Assembly: GCA_050949525.1 (NCBI GenBank)
Contig: JBMNFW010000001.1
Coordinates: 65,078-129,077 of the forward strand
Source of the DNA: Patescibacteria group bacterium
Lineage (GTDB): Bacteria; Patescibacteriota; Patescibacteriia; Patescibacteriales; UBA12465
Length of the DNA: 64,000 bases
Direction: 5' to 3'
A program made the position numbers and the translations under genes. Of this stretch, positions 17,154 to 26,534 are shown piece by piece (position 1 is the first letter of the stretch; each line of letters begins with the position of its first letter). The notes below the pieces were generated by a model, which was given only the letters and a program-made list of their open reading frames with translations, was not told the origin of the DNA and ran no database searches.

Positions 17154-17927
17154 ATGTTTGAAGATTTACAAAACGATCCTAATAGCAAAGTTGATGATAT
17201 CTTTGCTGATTCTGATCGAGTGGAGGAGCCAAAACCAAGAGTAGCTCCTTCTAATATAGATAGGGGGCCGGCTCCTCAAGCTCCGGCAACTTTACCTGAT
17301 TTTGATGAAGATGATAGTAGTGGAAGATCTGGGAAAATAATCAAAAAATTCTTTTTAGTTATTGTTATTTTGTTAGTTATTTTTATTTTAGCTTATATTC
17401 TATATTCTAAAGTATTATTACCTCGAACTGTTAATCAAGGATCTGGTTTAGATAATAATATTCCTTTAATAGATAACGAGGTTAATATTCCGTCTAATGT
17501 TGTCGATGTGGATACTGATGAAGACGCATTAGATAGCTTAGTTCCAGTTATTGCCGATGAAGAAGATAGTCTTATAGCTACTAGTTCTGAGGAAAATATT
17601 TTAGAGGAGGAAGAAGTCGAAGAGGTTATAGCAGACAGTGATAATGATGGTTTAAGTGATGATGATGAGATTTATGTTTATGGTACCAATCCTTATATTA
17701 TTGATACTGATGGTGATGGTTTAAGTGATTTTGATGAAATAATGATATTTGGTACTGATCCTTTAAATCCTGATACCGATAATGATGGATTTTTAGATGG
17801 AGGTGAAGTTTTAGCTGGTTATAGTCCATTATCAGCTGAGCCTAAAAAGCTTGATTTAGATTCAATTTTAGATCAAGAGCTTTTTCAGGAAAAATATCCG
17901 GAATTATGGACTAAAATTACACAATAA
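17154..17927 (+). CDS. Single-pass membrane protein with acidic stalk and three DxDxDG Ca-binding (TSP3-like) repeats
   Basis: TM KFFLVIVILLVIFILAYILY; DSDNDGLSD, DTDGDGLSD, DTDNDGFLD, separated by GTNP/GTDP. Confidence 0.8.
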   Translation: MFEDLQNDPNSKVDDIFADSDRVEEPKPRVAPSNIDRGPAPQAPATLPDFDEDDSSGRSGKIIKKFFLVIVILLVIFILAYILYSKVLLPRTVNQGSGLDNNIPLIDNEVNIPSNVVDVDTDEDALDSLVPVIADEEDSLIATSSEENILEEEEVEEVIADSDNDGLSDDDEIYVYGTNPYIIDTDGDGLSDFDEIMIFGTDPLNPDTDNDGFLDGGEVLAGYSPLSAEPKKLDLDSILDQELFQEKYPELWTKITQ

Positions 17928-17932
17928 TAATC

Positions 17933-18949
17933 ATGTTGAAGAGGAAAAAAACAAAAACTGAAGATACTAAGGCTAATGTTCCTGAGCCGGTTTTTAAGGT
18001 TCATCGAATGCCTAAGGGTTATAAAAGTGGTCGATTTGAGCCTTCGGCTTTTTCTAGTAATCCGAGCAAGGAAAAAAGTTCTGGTGGGTCTAATAAGAAG
18101 GTGGGATTACTTATTATTTCTCTAGGCTCAATAATTGTTGTTTTTCTAATTTATATAATTATTTCTTATCTTAGCCAACCTGATTTCTCTTTGGGTGGAA
18201 TTTTTAAATTTAAATCATCTAATACTGCAGTGAAACCATCTCCAGTAGTTTTGAATGAGAAAGAACCAGCTATTTCATTAATTAACGAAGAAGAGCCTGT
18301 TGTAATAGAAGAAGAGGAGGATTTAGAATTAGATTTAGATATCGAAGAGGATTTAATAATAGATGAAGAAAATAATATGGAGGAAGAAGTAGAGGTGAGT
18401 GTTTCTTTTTTAGATAGTGATGGTGATGGCTTGAGTGATCAGGAGGAAGTATTAATTGGTACTAATCCTTTAGAGTCTGACAGTGATGGTGATGGTTATG
18501 ATGATTTTACTGAAGTTTCTAATCTTTATAATCCCTTAGGTTCGGGATTATTAAAAGATAATCGCAATATTCAGGAGTTACAAGATGATAATTTGGTTTA
18601 CTCAGTTTTATATCCTTCCTCTTTAGAGCCTAGTATTTCTAATGATGGTCATAATACTCTTTTCTTTTTGGATGATAATTCTTTTATTCAAATATTATTA
18701 GAGGAAAATGAAGGGCAACAGAATATTGCCTCTTGGTATGGGTCTCGATTTTTTAGCTTTATTGATAACTCAGAAATAATAGAGAAAGATGCTTGGTCAG
18801 GATTTTATACTTCTGATGGTTCATCTTTTTATTTAGGTGATCATGATCGAAAATATGTATTTACTATATTGTATAATTTTCCGGAAAATCAAAATCCTTT
18901 ATATATGAATATTTTTAAGATGATGATTAATTCGTTTCAATTGAAATAA
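17933..18949 (+). CDS. Single-pass membrane protein with acidic stalk, two DxDxDG repeats and a C-terminal globular (PsbP-like?) domain
   Basis: TM VGLLIISLGSIIVVFLIYIII; DSDGDGLSDQEE..GTNP..DSDGDGYDD. Confidence 0.75.
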   Translation: MLKRKKTKTEDTKANVPEPVFKVHRMPKGYKSGRFEPSAFSSNPSKEKSSGGSNKKVGLLIISLGSIIVVFLIYIIISYLSQPDFSLGGIFKFKSSNTAVKPSPVVLNEKEPAISLINEEEPVVIEEEEDLELDLDIEEDLIIDEENNMEEEVEVSVSFLDSDGDGLSDQEEVLIGTNPLESDSDGDGYDDFTEVSNLYNPLGSGLLKDNRNIQELQDDNLVYSVLYPSSLEPSISNDGHNTLFFLDDNSFIQILLEENEGQQNIASWYGSRFFSFIDNSEIIEKDAWSGFYTSDGSSFYLGDHDRKYVFTILYNFPENQNPLYMNIFKMMINSFQLK

Positions 18950-18960
18950 GTTTAAGTAAC

Positions 18961-18992
18961 AAAAAATAGAGAGGTGAAACTCTCTATTTTTT
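18961..18992. terminator. Bidirectional intrinsic terminator
   Basis: AAAAAATAGAGAG-gtgaaa-CTCTCTATTTTTT between convergent genes. Confidence 0.85.
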
Positions 18993-19001
18993 TATTTCTC
19001 C

Positions 19002-19577
19002 CTATTTTATTATCTTATCTATTAAACCATATTTTTTTGCTTCTTCAGCGCTCATGAAATAATCACGATCACTATCTTTTTCTACTTCATTTAAGCTTTT
19101 TTTAGAATGATGTGATAATATTCGATTCATTTTATCTTTTATTTTTAAAATATGCTCGGCATGGATTTTAATATCACTAGCTTGTCCTTCGTAGCCACCC
19201 ATAACTTGATGAATCATTATTTCACTATTGGGTAGAGCCAGTCTTTTTCCTGGGGTTCCGGCTGCTAGAAGAACTGAGGCCATAGAAGCGGCTAAACCAA
19301 TACAGATAGTAGACACATCACAAGCAATATATTGCATGGTATCATAAATAGCTAGACCAGCTACAACTGATCCCCCTGGGGAGTTGATGTAGAATTTAAT
19401 ATCCTTAGTTTTGTCTTCAGCTTCTAGATACAAAAGTTGAGCAATAACTAGGTTGGCGGTATGATCATTAATGGGGCCTCCGAGAAAAATTATTCTGTCT
19501 TTTAAGAGACGAGAATAGATATCATAAGCTCTTTCCCCATGACTACTTTTCTCGATTACCATTGGTATAATAGACAT
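19002..19577 (-). CDS. clpP: Clp protease proteolytic subunit
   Basis: [42 protein letters not shown]. Confidence 0.97.
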   Translation of the reverse strand: MSIIPMVIEKSSHGERAYDIYSRLLKDRIIFLGGPINDHTANLVIAQLLYLEAEDKTKDIKFYINSPGGSVVAGLAIYDTMQYIACDVSTICIGLAASMASVLLAAGTPGKRLALPNSEIMIHQVMGGYEGQASDIKIHAEHILKIKDKMNRILSHHSKKSLNEVEKDSDRDYFMSAEEAKKYGLIDKIIK

Positions 19578-19604
19578 AATTTAAAGATTAATTTTAATAT
19601 TTTA

Positions 19605-19669
19605 TTTATAACATATAATGCCTTAAAAAACAAGAAAAACTTGATTTTTGTTATGATTTGTTCTAAGAT
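19605..19669. promoter_or_regulatory. Divergent sigma70-type promoters for clpP (-) and secD (+)
   Basis: Minus strand TTGTTT-17-TATAAA with TG extension (19633-19605); plus strand TTGATT-17-TAAGAT (19641-19669). Confidence 0.5.
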
Positions 19670-19702
19670 AAATTATACTTATTTAATTTATTTATACAAT
19701 TT

Positions 19703-21619
19703 ATGTCTAAGTTGAAATCGAATCTTTTTAAACAAAAAAGAAATGGCTTGATTTTCGCTTCAATTTTAATCTTTTTTGTTTTTGTGGCCTTAAAAGGAGC
19801 TGATATTTACTATAATCAGTTTTCTGATTATTTAGCTAAGAAAACTAATGATGTTATTATTTTACCTAAAATTAAGGAATCTCCCTTTCGTTTAGGACTA
19901 GATCTTCAGGGTGGAGCTCAATTAGTTTATCAAGCTGATGTGTCTCAAATTCCGGATCTTGATAAAGATGATGTTTTAGATGGAGTTCGAGATGTTATTG
20001 AAAAACGAGTTAATGCTTTTGGGGTTAGTGAGCCGATAATTCAGGTTAATAAGACTGTTGATGGTGAATATCGAATTATTGTTGAGTTAGCTGGAGTGAA
20101 GAGTGTTGAAGAGGCTATAAAGGAGATTGGGGAAACGCCTAAATTAGAGTTTAAAGAACAAGATTTAGATTCAGCTAGTTTGTCAGAAGAAGATTTAGCC
20201 TTAAAAGAAGAATATAATAATTCTTTAAAGAAAAAGGCTGAAGAGATTTATGAAAAGCTTTTAAATGGAGAAGATTTTTCATCTTTAGCTATTGCTAATA
20301 ATAGTCCAATTGTGCTTGATCCTAGTCAAGGAATTGGGGCTGAAAATGATGGTGATTTAGGTTGGATTAGCTCTAGTGACGATGCGGTTTTATATGGGAT
20401 TTTAGAAAATATTGAAATTGGTAAATTTTCTGAAATTATTGAAACTGAAGCCGATTATAATATTTTTAAGGTGGAAGATAAAAGATCATCGGTTGAAGGA
20501 GTTTTAGGTTCAGCTGAAGGAGAGGCTGAGTATAAGGTAAGGCGAATAGTTTTAAATAAGATTAGTGATCGTGATCTTTTAGAGTTTTCTGATAATTGGA
20601 AAAATACTGAATTAACTGGAAGAAATTTAAAGAAAGCGGTTTTGCAGTTTAATCCTAATACTAATGCTCCGGAAGTATCTTTAGAATTTGATGATGAAGG
20701 CGCTCAATTATTTGGTGATATTACTGAGAGAAATATTGGAAGACCAGTAGCTATTTATTTAGATGATTATGCTATTAGTGTTCCAACTGTTAATGAAAGA
20801 ATACCAGATGGTCGAGCTGTTATTTCAGGTCGTTTTAGTATCGCTGAGGCTAAAGAATTAATTCAAAGATTAAAAGCTGGAGCTTTACCAGTTCCAATTG
20901 AGTTAATAAATCAAAAAACAGTTGGTGCTAGTTTAGGAAGTCAGTCTATTCAAGATAGTTTAAAAGCTGGTATTATTGGTCTGATCTTAATCGCTCTTTT
21001 TATGATTATAGTTTATCGTTTACCAGGACTTTTATCAGTTTTCTCTTTAGTTATATATGGCTTTACTGTTTTGATTATTTTTAAATCTTTACCAGTTATT
21101 ACGGCCCTAATTATCGCTGTTTTCTTTGTGGTCATGATTTTTATAAGCTTTAATGAATTAAAAATATTGGATTTATCAATGATAGTTTTATTCCTTGTTA
21201 TTGGTATTGTTCTTTTTGTTTATAGTTTAGGTTCGGTTACCTTAACTTTAGCTGGTATTGCTGGTTTAATACTTTCAATTGGTATGGCTGTGGATGCTAA
21301 TGTTTTAATTTTTGAAAGGATGAAAGAAGAAATTCGCCAAGGTCGATCTTTAAAAAGTTCCATTGACGAGGGCATTCGTCGTTCTTGGCCTTCAATTCGC
21401 GATGGAAATATCTCTACTTTATTAACTTGTTTAGTACTAATGACTTTTGGTACCGGAGTTTTAAAAGGTTTTGGAACCACTCTTTTTATTGGGGTTTCAA
21501 TCTCTATGTTTGGTGCTATTGTTACTACTAGAGTTTTCTTAAACAAGTTTTTAGGTAAGAGGGTTGAAAAATGTCGATTTCTTTTAGGATTTAAAGTGAA
21601 ATCAGAAGAAAATAAATAA
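19703..21619 (+). CDS. secD: Protein translocase subunit SecD with inserted parvulin-like domain
   Basis: LGLDLQGG, RVNAFGVSEP, AGALPVP, IGMAVDANVLIFERMKEE, IRDGNIST. Confidence 0.95.
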   Translation: MSKLKSNLFKQKRNGLIFASILIFFVFVALKGADIYYNQFSDYLAKKTNDVIILPKIKESPFRLGLDLQGGAQLVYQADVSQIPDLDKDDVLDGVRDVIEKRVNAFGVSEPIIQVNKTVDGEYRIIVELAGVKSVEEAIKEIGETPKLEFKEQDLDSASLSEEDLALKEEYNNSLKKKAEEIYEKLLNGEDFSSLAIANNSPIVLDPSQGIGAENDGDLGWISSSDDAVLYGILENIEIGKFSEIIETEADYNIFKVEDKRSSVEGVLGSAEGEAEYKVRRIVLNKISDRDLLEFSDNWKNTELTGRNLKKAVLQFNPNTNAPEVSLEFDDEGAQLFGDITERNIGRPVAIYLDDYAISVPTVNERIPDGRAVISGRFSIAEAKELIQRLKAGALPVPIELINQKTVGASLGSQSIQDSLKAGIIGLILIALFMIIVYRLPGLLSVFSLVIYGFTVLIIFKSLPVITALIIAVFFVVMIFISFNELKILDLSMIVLFLVIGIVLFVYSLGSVTLTLAGIAGLILSIGMAVDANVLIFERMKEEIRQGRSLKSSIDEGIRRSWPSIRDGNISTLLTCLVLMTFGTGVLKGFGTTLFIGVSISMFGAIVTTRVFLNKFLGKRVEKCRFLLGFKVKSEENK

Positions 21620-21643
21620 TTAAATTAAATAATAATAAAGAAT

Positions 21644-22534
21644 ATGTTTAATCTAAATATAATAAAGTATCGTAAAATATGGCTAAGCTTATCAGGTGTT
21701 TTAGTGGTGGCTTCAATTTTAGCTTTATTTACTTGGGGTTTAAATTTTGGTATTGATTTTACTGGTGGTAGTCTTTTGGAGGTAGAATTTAAAGGTGAAG
21801 AGATTCCTAGCGTGATGGTTGTTAGAGAAAGTTTAGAAGAGTTAAGTCTAAATAGTTTGGTGGTGCAACCAACTGAAAGTGGTTCGGTTATTTTAAGATT
21901 TAAAGAGGATAGTCATGAAGTTTATCGTTCTGTTTTAGATAAGCTGAGTAGTTTATCAGAAATTGAAGAATTGCGTTATGAGTCGGTCGGACCCTCTATT
22001 GGAAAAGAGTTGAAGAATAAATCCTTTAACACTATGATTTTAGTTTTAGCTATTATCATTCTTTATATTGCTTTGGTGTTTAAAAAGGTGTCTCGACCAG
22101 TTTCTTCTTGGAAATATGGTATTGCTTCTGTTGTAGCCTTAGCTCATAATGTTATTATTGTTCTTGGAGTATTTTCTGTTTTGGGTCATTTTTGTGATAC
22201 AGAAATAAACGCGGCTTTTATCGCAGCTATTTTAACTATTCTAGGTTATAGCGTTAATGATACTATCGTTATTTTTGATCGAATTAGAGAGAATTTACCG
22301 AAGAGTCCTGATAATTTTGAGACCACGGTTAATAGGAGTATTAATCAATCTCTAACTCGTTCTATTAATACTTCTTTTACCACCCTTTTAGCTCTTTTAG
22401 CTATTATTATTTTTGGCGGAAGCTCTATTCGAGATTTTGTTTTAGCTTTAGCTATTGGAATCTTCGTTGGTGCTTATAGTTCTATATTTATTGCTAGTCC
22501 AATATTAGTTTGGTTTGAGAAAAGAAAAGCTTAG
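21644..22534 (+). CDS. secF: Protein translocase subunit SecF
   Basis: GIDFTGG, VGPSIG, GYSVNDTIVIFDRIRE, RSINTS, YSSIFIA. Confidence 0.96.
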   Translation: MFNLNIIKYRKIWLSLSGVLVVASILALFTWGLNFGIDFTGGSLLEVEFKGEEIPSVMVVRESLEELSLNSLVVQPTESGSVILRFKEDSHEVYRSVLDKLSSLSEIEELRYESVGPSIGKELKNKSFNTMILVLAIIILYIALVFKKVSRPVSSWKYGIASVVALAHNVIIVLGVFSVLGHFCDTEINAAFIAAILTILGYSVNDTIVIFDRIRENLPKSPDNFETTVNRSINQSLTRSINTSFTTLLALLAIIIFGGSSIRDFVLALAIGIFVGAYSSIFIASPILVWFEKRKA

Positions 22535-22540
22535 GCTCAA

Positions 22541-24436
22541 ATGAAAAAACGATATTTAAATTATTTAATAGAGATTATATATTTAGGGATTATTTTTTTA
22601 ATCCCTATTTATTTTGGTTTTATTTTTCCTAGCGCTAATCCCTTTGATTTACAAAGATTAATATTGTTCAAGATCCTGTTAGGGCTTCTTTTTTTTCTAT
22701 CAGTTTTTAAGGCTTTTCTTTTAGAGTCAAGTTTGGATTTTAGGTTGAGTTTAAGAAAATTTTTTAAAAAATATTATTTAATTCCCTTATTATCATTAAT
22801 ATTCTTTTTACTTTCTCTTCTTTGGTCTTTTAATCCTAATTTATCTTGGGTCGGATCTTTAGAGCGACAATTAGGAATTAATACTTGGATTTTTTTAGGA
22901 CTTTTTTCTGTTTTATTATCCTTTAATCTTTTAAGTAGCCCAGATTTTAAAAAAAGTATTTATCGCATTTTTTTAGTTTCTGGTTTTTCGGCCACTATAG
23001 TTTCTTTATATGCTGTTTTTCAGTTCTGGGGAATTGATTTTTTATCTTGGAATGAGCCAGCTGTAATTACTAAAAGAGCTTTTTCTAGTTTAGGTCAACC
23101 TAATCTTTTAGGATCTTTTTTATTGCTTAATATTTTTATTATTCCCTATCTTTTTAAAAATACTAAGAATAAATATTTTCGTCTTTTATTTATTCTTAGT
23201 GGTGGGCTTCAGTTTTTAGCTTTATTATATTCAGCTAGTCGCGGGGCTTATTTAGGATTTTTATTTTCGCTTTTGATTTTTATTATTTATTGGTGTAGGC
23301 AGAGAAGGTTAAAATTTTTTATAGTTATTATTTTTATTGGTTTAATTTTTTTATTTCCTCGGGTTAAATCTATGGGTGGTTTTAGCTCTCGAGTTGATTT
23401 GTGGTCGGCCTCTTTGGCTGGGGTTTTAGATAATCCTTGGGGTTATGGTTTAGAAAATCAAAAAGAGGTTTTTATTAATTATTATCAACCTGATTGGGGA
23501 GTGTTTAATAAAGTGAATGTTGTTTTTGATCGAGCTCATAATTTTATTTTAGATACTTTATTGGTCGGAGGTTTTGTAGCATTAGCTTTATTAATGGCTT
23601 GGTTATTGTTTACTTATAAAATGTTGGTTAGTAATATAAGAAAGAGGGAGGACGGAGGGTTGTCACTTAGCTTAACTTTAGCTTTTACTTCATTTTTTAT
23701 ATCTTTATTGTTTGGTTTTGGTAGTTTTGTGTCTTTACTTTATTTAGTTAGTTTTTTTTCTATTATTAGCGTTAATGATTATCAATCTAAGAAAGAAGTA
23801 TTTTCTTTAATAGAGGAGCAAAAATTAAAATTTCATCATCAAATATTTTTAATAACATTAGCTTTAGTTTTGGGAACTTTCTTTTTTCGTGAGATTAATA
23901 AATTGAAATCTGATTATTACTTTTATGTTGGTCAAAGATATTTTTATCAAAATCAAGTTTCTAGCGCTATTATAAGTTTTTCTTATTTAAGACAAAATTC
24001 ATTAGTAAATCGAGAGTATTATTATCAGATTGCTAATTTATTTTTTGATAATTATTCTAAATTTCCCGATCAGGCTACTCGTTTCCTGGCTCAAGAAGAA
24101 TTAAAAGAGATAGCTTATGTTCTAGATAAGAGCATTAAGAAATCTTTTACTGATCAAGTTTTTTGGGCTCAGGTTTATAGCATCCTGGGTAAAGAGCAGT
24201 CTTCTCAAGCGTTGTTTGATGTTTTAATATCTCGATCTCCGTTTTATCCCTTATTATATTATCGTCAAGCTCAGGCTCATCTTTTTGCTGGCAACAAAGA
24301 ATTAGCTTTGGTTAATTATTATAAGGTTTTAGAGTTATTGCCAGTTAAAGAAAATATTGAGGGTGATATAAATCTAAGAGCTTATGAAGAGTTTAAAGCT
24401 TTAATATTAGAGGAAATTAATAATTTAGACTTATAA
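22541..24436 (+). CDS. O-antigen ligase / O-oligosaccharyltransferase-like polytopic membrane protein with C-terminal TPR-like region
   Basis: Many TM helices; RAFSSLGQPN, SASRGA, RVDLW, DRAHNFILD. Confidence 0.8.
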   Translation: MKKRYLNYLIEIIYLGIIFLIPIYFGFIFPSANPFDLQRLILFKILLGLLFFLSVFKAFLLESSLDFRLSLRKFFKKYYLIPLLSLIFFLLSLLWSFNPNLSWVGSLERQLGINTWIFLGLFSVLLSFNLLSSPDFKKSIYRIFLVSGFSATIVSLYAVFQFWGIDFLSWNEPAVITKRAFSSLGQPNLLGSFLLLNIFIIPYLFKNTKNKYFRLLFILSGGLQFLALLYSASRGAYLGFLFSLLIFIIYWCRQRRLKFFIVIIFIGLIFLFPRVKSMGGFSSRVDLWSASLAGVLDNPWGYGLENQKEVFINYYQPDWGVFNKVNVVFDRAHNFILDTLLVGGFVALALLMAWLLFTYKMLVSNIRKREDGGLSLSLTLAFTSFFISLLFGFGSFVSLLYLVSFFSIISVNDYQSKKEVFSLIEEQKLKFHHQIFLITLALVLGTFFFREINKLKSDYYFYVGQRYFYQNQVSSAIISFSYLRQNSLVNREYYYQIANLFFDNYSKFPDQATRFLAQEELKEIAYVLDKSIKKSFTDQVFWAQVYSILGKEQSSQALFDVLISRSPFYPLLYYRQAQAHLFAGNKELALVNYYKVLELLPVKENIEGDINLRAYEEFKALILEEINNLDL

Positions 24437-24437
24437 T

Positions 24438-25199
24438 ATGATAGTTATTTTTTTTATTTTGGGTTTAATAATTGGTAGTTTTTTAAATTGTTTGATTTGG
24501 CGGGTTTATAAAGGAGAAAGTATGTGGGGTTTTTCTCATTGTTTATCTTGTCAAAAAACTATTAAGTGGTATGACAATATTCCGGTGTTGAGTTTTTTTA
24601 TATTAAGGGGAAAATGTCGGTTTTGTCAGGCTAAAATTCCTTGGTATTATCCAGTGGTGGAATTGGTAACTGGACTTTTGTTTGCTGGTTCTTTTTATTA
24701 TCATGCTTATGTTTTAGATTTTAATTTATTTTATTTAATATTTTTTCTGTTAGTAATTTCTTTTTTAATTATATTTTTTGTTTTCGATTTACGCTGGTTT
24801 TTGGTTCCGGTAAATTTATTAATTGGAGGAGCGGTTTTGATTTTTTTCTTCCAATTATATTTTAATGTCTCTGTTTTAAACATATTGATTTCGGTTTTTT
24901 TAGGAGCGGCTTTTTTTGCTCTTCAGTTTTTTATTAGTCGAGGAAAATGGATTGGGGAGGGTGATATATGGTTAGGAGGCTTTTGGGGATTAGTTTTTGC
25001 TAAACCTTTTTTAGTGTTGTTTTTTATTCTTTTAACTTATATTATTGGTGGTTTAGTCTCAATTATTCTTATCGTTTCTGGTTACAAAAAACTAGGGGAG
25101 AAAATTCCTTTAGGAGTTTTTATGTCTTTAGCCGCTTTAATAGTCTTATTTTTTGGTGAACCTTTGCTTTCTTGGTATTTAGGTCTCTTTCTTTTTTAA
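24438..25199 (+). CDS. pilD: Prepilin peptidase (A24)
   Basis: GSFLN, SHCLSC..WYDNIP..LRGKCRFC, catalytic FDL and GEGD. Confidence 0.92.
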   Translation: MIVIFFILGLIIGSFLNCLIWRVYKGESMWGFSHCLSCQKTIKWYDNIPVLSFFILRGKCRFCQAKIPWYYPVVELVTGLLFAGSFYYHAYVLDFNLFYLIFFLLVISFLIIFFVFDLRWFLVPVNLLIGGAVLIFFFQLYFNVSVLNILISVFLGAAFFALQFFISRGKWIGEGDIWLGGFWGLVFAKPFLVLFFILLTYIIGGLVSIILIVSGYKKLGEKIPLGVFMSLAALIVLFFGEPLLSWYLGLFLF

Positions 25200-25228
25200 T
25201 TGCTAATATTTAAAATTTTTAGTATAAT
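25200..25228 (+). promoter_or_regulatory. sigma70-type promoter for ftsA-ftsZ
   Basis: TTGCTA-17-TATAAT. Confidence 0.6.
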
Positions 25229-25256
25229 GTTAGGTATAAATAAATAATGATTTTTT

Positions 25257-26519
25257 ATGAAAAACGATATTATCGTTGGTCTTGATATCGGCTCTAGTCA
25301 AATTAAGCTGATTATCGCCCAAAAAAAACTAGAGTATAGTGAAGAAAAGCTACATATTATTGGAGCTGTATCTCATCCTAGTGCTGGAGTAGGAAAAAAT
25401 GGAACTATTAATAGTATTGAAGATGCGGTATCAGCTTTGTCAGCTTGTTTAGAAAAAGCCGAACGTTTAGTTGGAGTTCCAATTGATTCTGTTTATTTAG
25501 CCTATAATCATGCCAAGACTCAATATGAGCGAGTTAAGGGGGTTGCTATTGTTAGTAAAAATGATGGAGAGATTGATCAAGATGATATTGATCGAGCCAT
25601 TGAATCAGCCCGCTCTTTTCCAGTTTCTAATAATTATGAGATTTTTAAGACTATTCCGGTTAAGTATAATATTGATAACAATGAAGATGTTAAGGATCCA
25701 ATCGGAATGCGAGGTATTCGTTTAGAGGTGGAGGTAATAGTCTCTTTAGTTTTAAGTAGTCAGATAAATAATTTAGTAAAAATAGTGCAACGAGTTGGTT
25801 TAGATGTTGAAGATATTTTACCGTCAGCAGTTAATATGGCTGAATTATTTTTGAGTCATAAAGAAAAAGAATTAGGTGCTGCGGTTTTAGATATTGGATC
25901 AACCACTACCTCTTTAGCTGTATTTGAAGATGGTGTTCTTCTACATTTCAATGTTTTACCGATAGGATCAGAATATATTACTGCTGATATTGGTTTAGGA
26001 TTACGATGTCCGATTACTTTAGCCGAAAGAATTAAGTTAGAGTTTGGTCAAGCTGATTCTAGTGATGTTGATAGTTCAGAGGAAATTGATATTTCTCATT
26101 TATTAAAAGAGGAAAAAATTGATGATGAAAATTCAATTATTTCTCGACATCATTTAAGCGAAATTATTGAGGCTCGAGTTGAGGAAATTTTTAATTTAGT
26201 TGATGAAGACTTAAAAAAAATTAATCGTTCTAAGATTTTACCAGTCGGAATATTTTTAGCTGGTGGTGGTTCTTTATTAGATGGAATTGTCAAAGTGGCT
26301 AAGAGAACTTTATCATTGCCAGTAGCTTTTCTAGAGTCTCGTGAAGTTAGGGTTGAGGTTGATAAAGCGGCTCGACCAGAGTTTTTAAGTGCTTTAGGTT
26401 TAGCTGTTTTTGGTTCTTATGTTGGTGGATCTTCTTATCGTGGTACGGCTTTAAAAGATGGGGTTAAAAATGCTTTTAAAAAAGCTAGTAATTTATTTAA
26501 AAAAATTATTCCAAAATAA
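25257..26519 (+). CDS. ftsA: Cell division protein FtsA
   Basis: GLDIGSS, DPIGMRGIRLE, LDIG, AERIKLEFG, IIEARVEEIF, LAGGGS. Confidence 0.95.
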   Translation: MKNDIIVGLDIGSSQIKLIIAQKKLEYSEEKLHIIGAVSHPSAGVGKNGTINSIEDAVSALSACLEKAERLVGVPIDSVYLAYNHAKTQYERVKGVAIVSKNDGEIDQDDIDRAIESARSFPVSNNYEIFKTIPVKYNIDNNEDVKDPIGMRGIRLEVEVIVSLVLSSQINNLVKIVQRVGLDVEDILPSAVNMAELFLSHKEKELGAAVLDIGSTTTSLAVFEDGVLLHFNVLPIGSEYITADIGLGLRCPITLAERIKLEFGQADSSDVDSSEEIDISHLLKEEKIDDENSIISRHHLSEIIEARVEEIFNLVDEDLKKINRSKILPVGIFLAGGGSLLDGIVKVAKRTLSLPVAFLESREVRVEVDKAARPEFLSALGLAVFGSYVGGSSYRGTALKDGVKNAFKKASNLFKKIIPK

Positions 26520-26534
26520 AATTAATATAAATAT

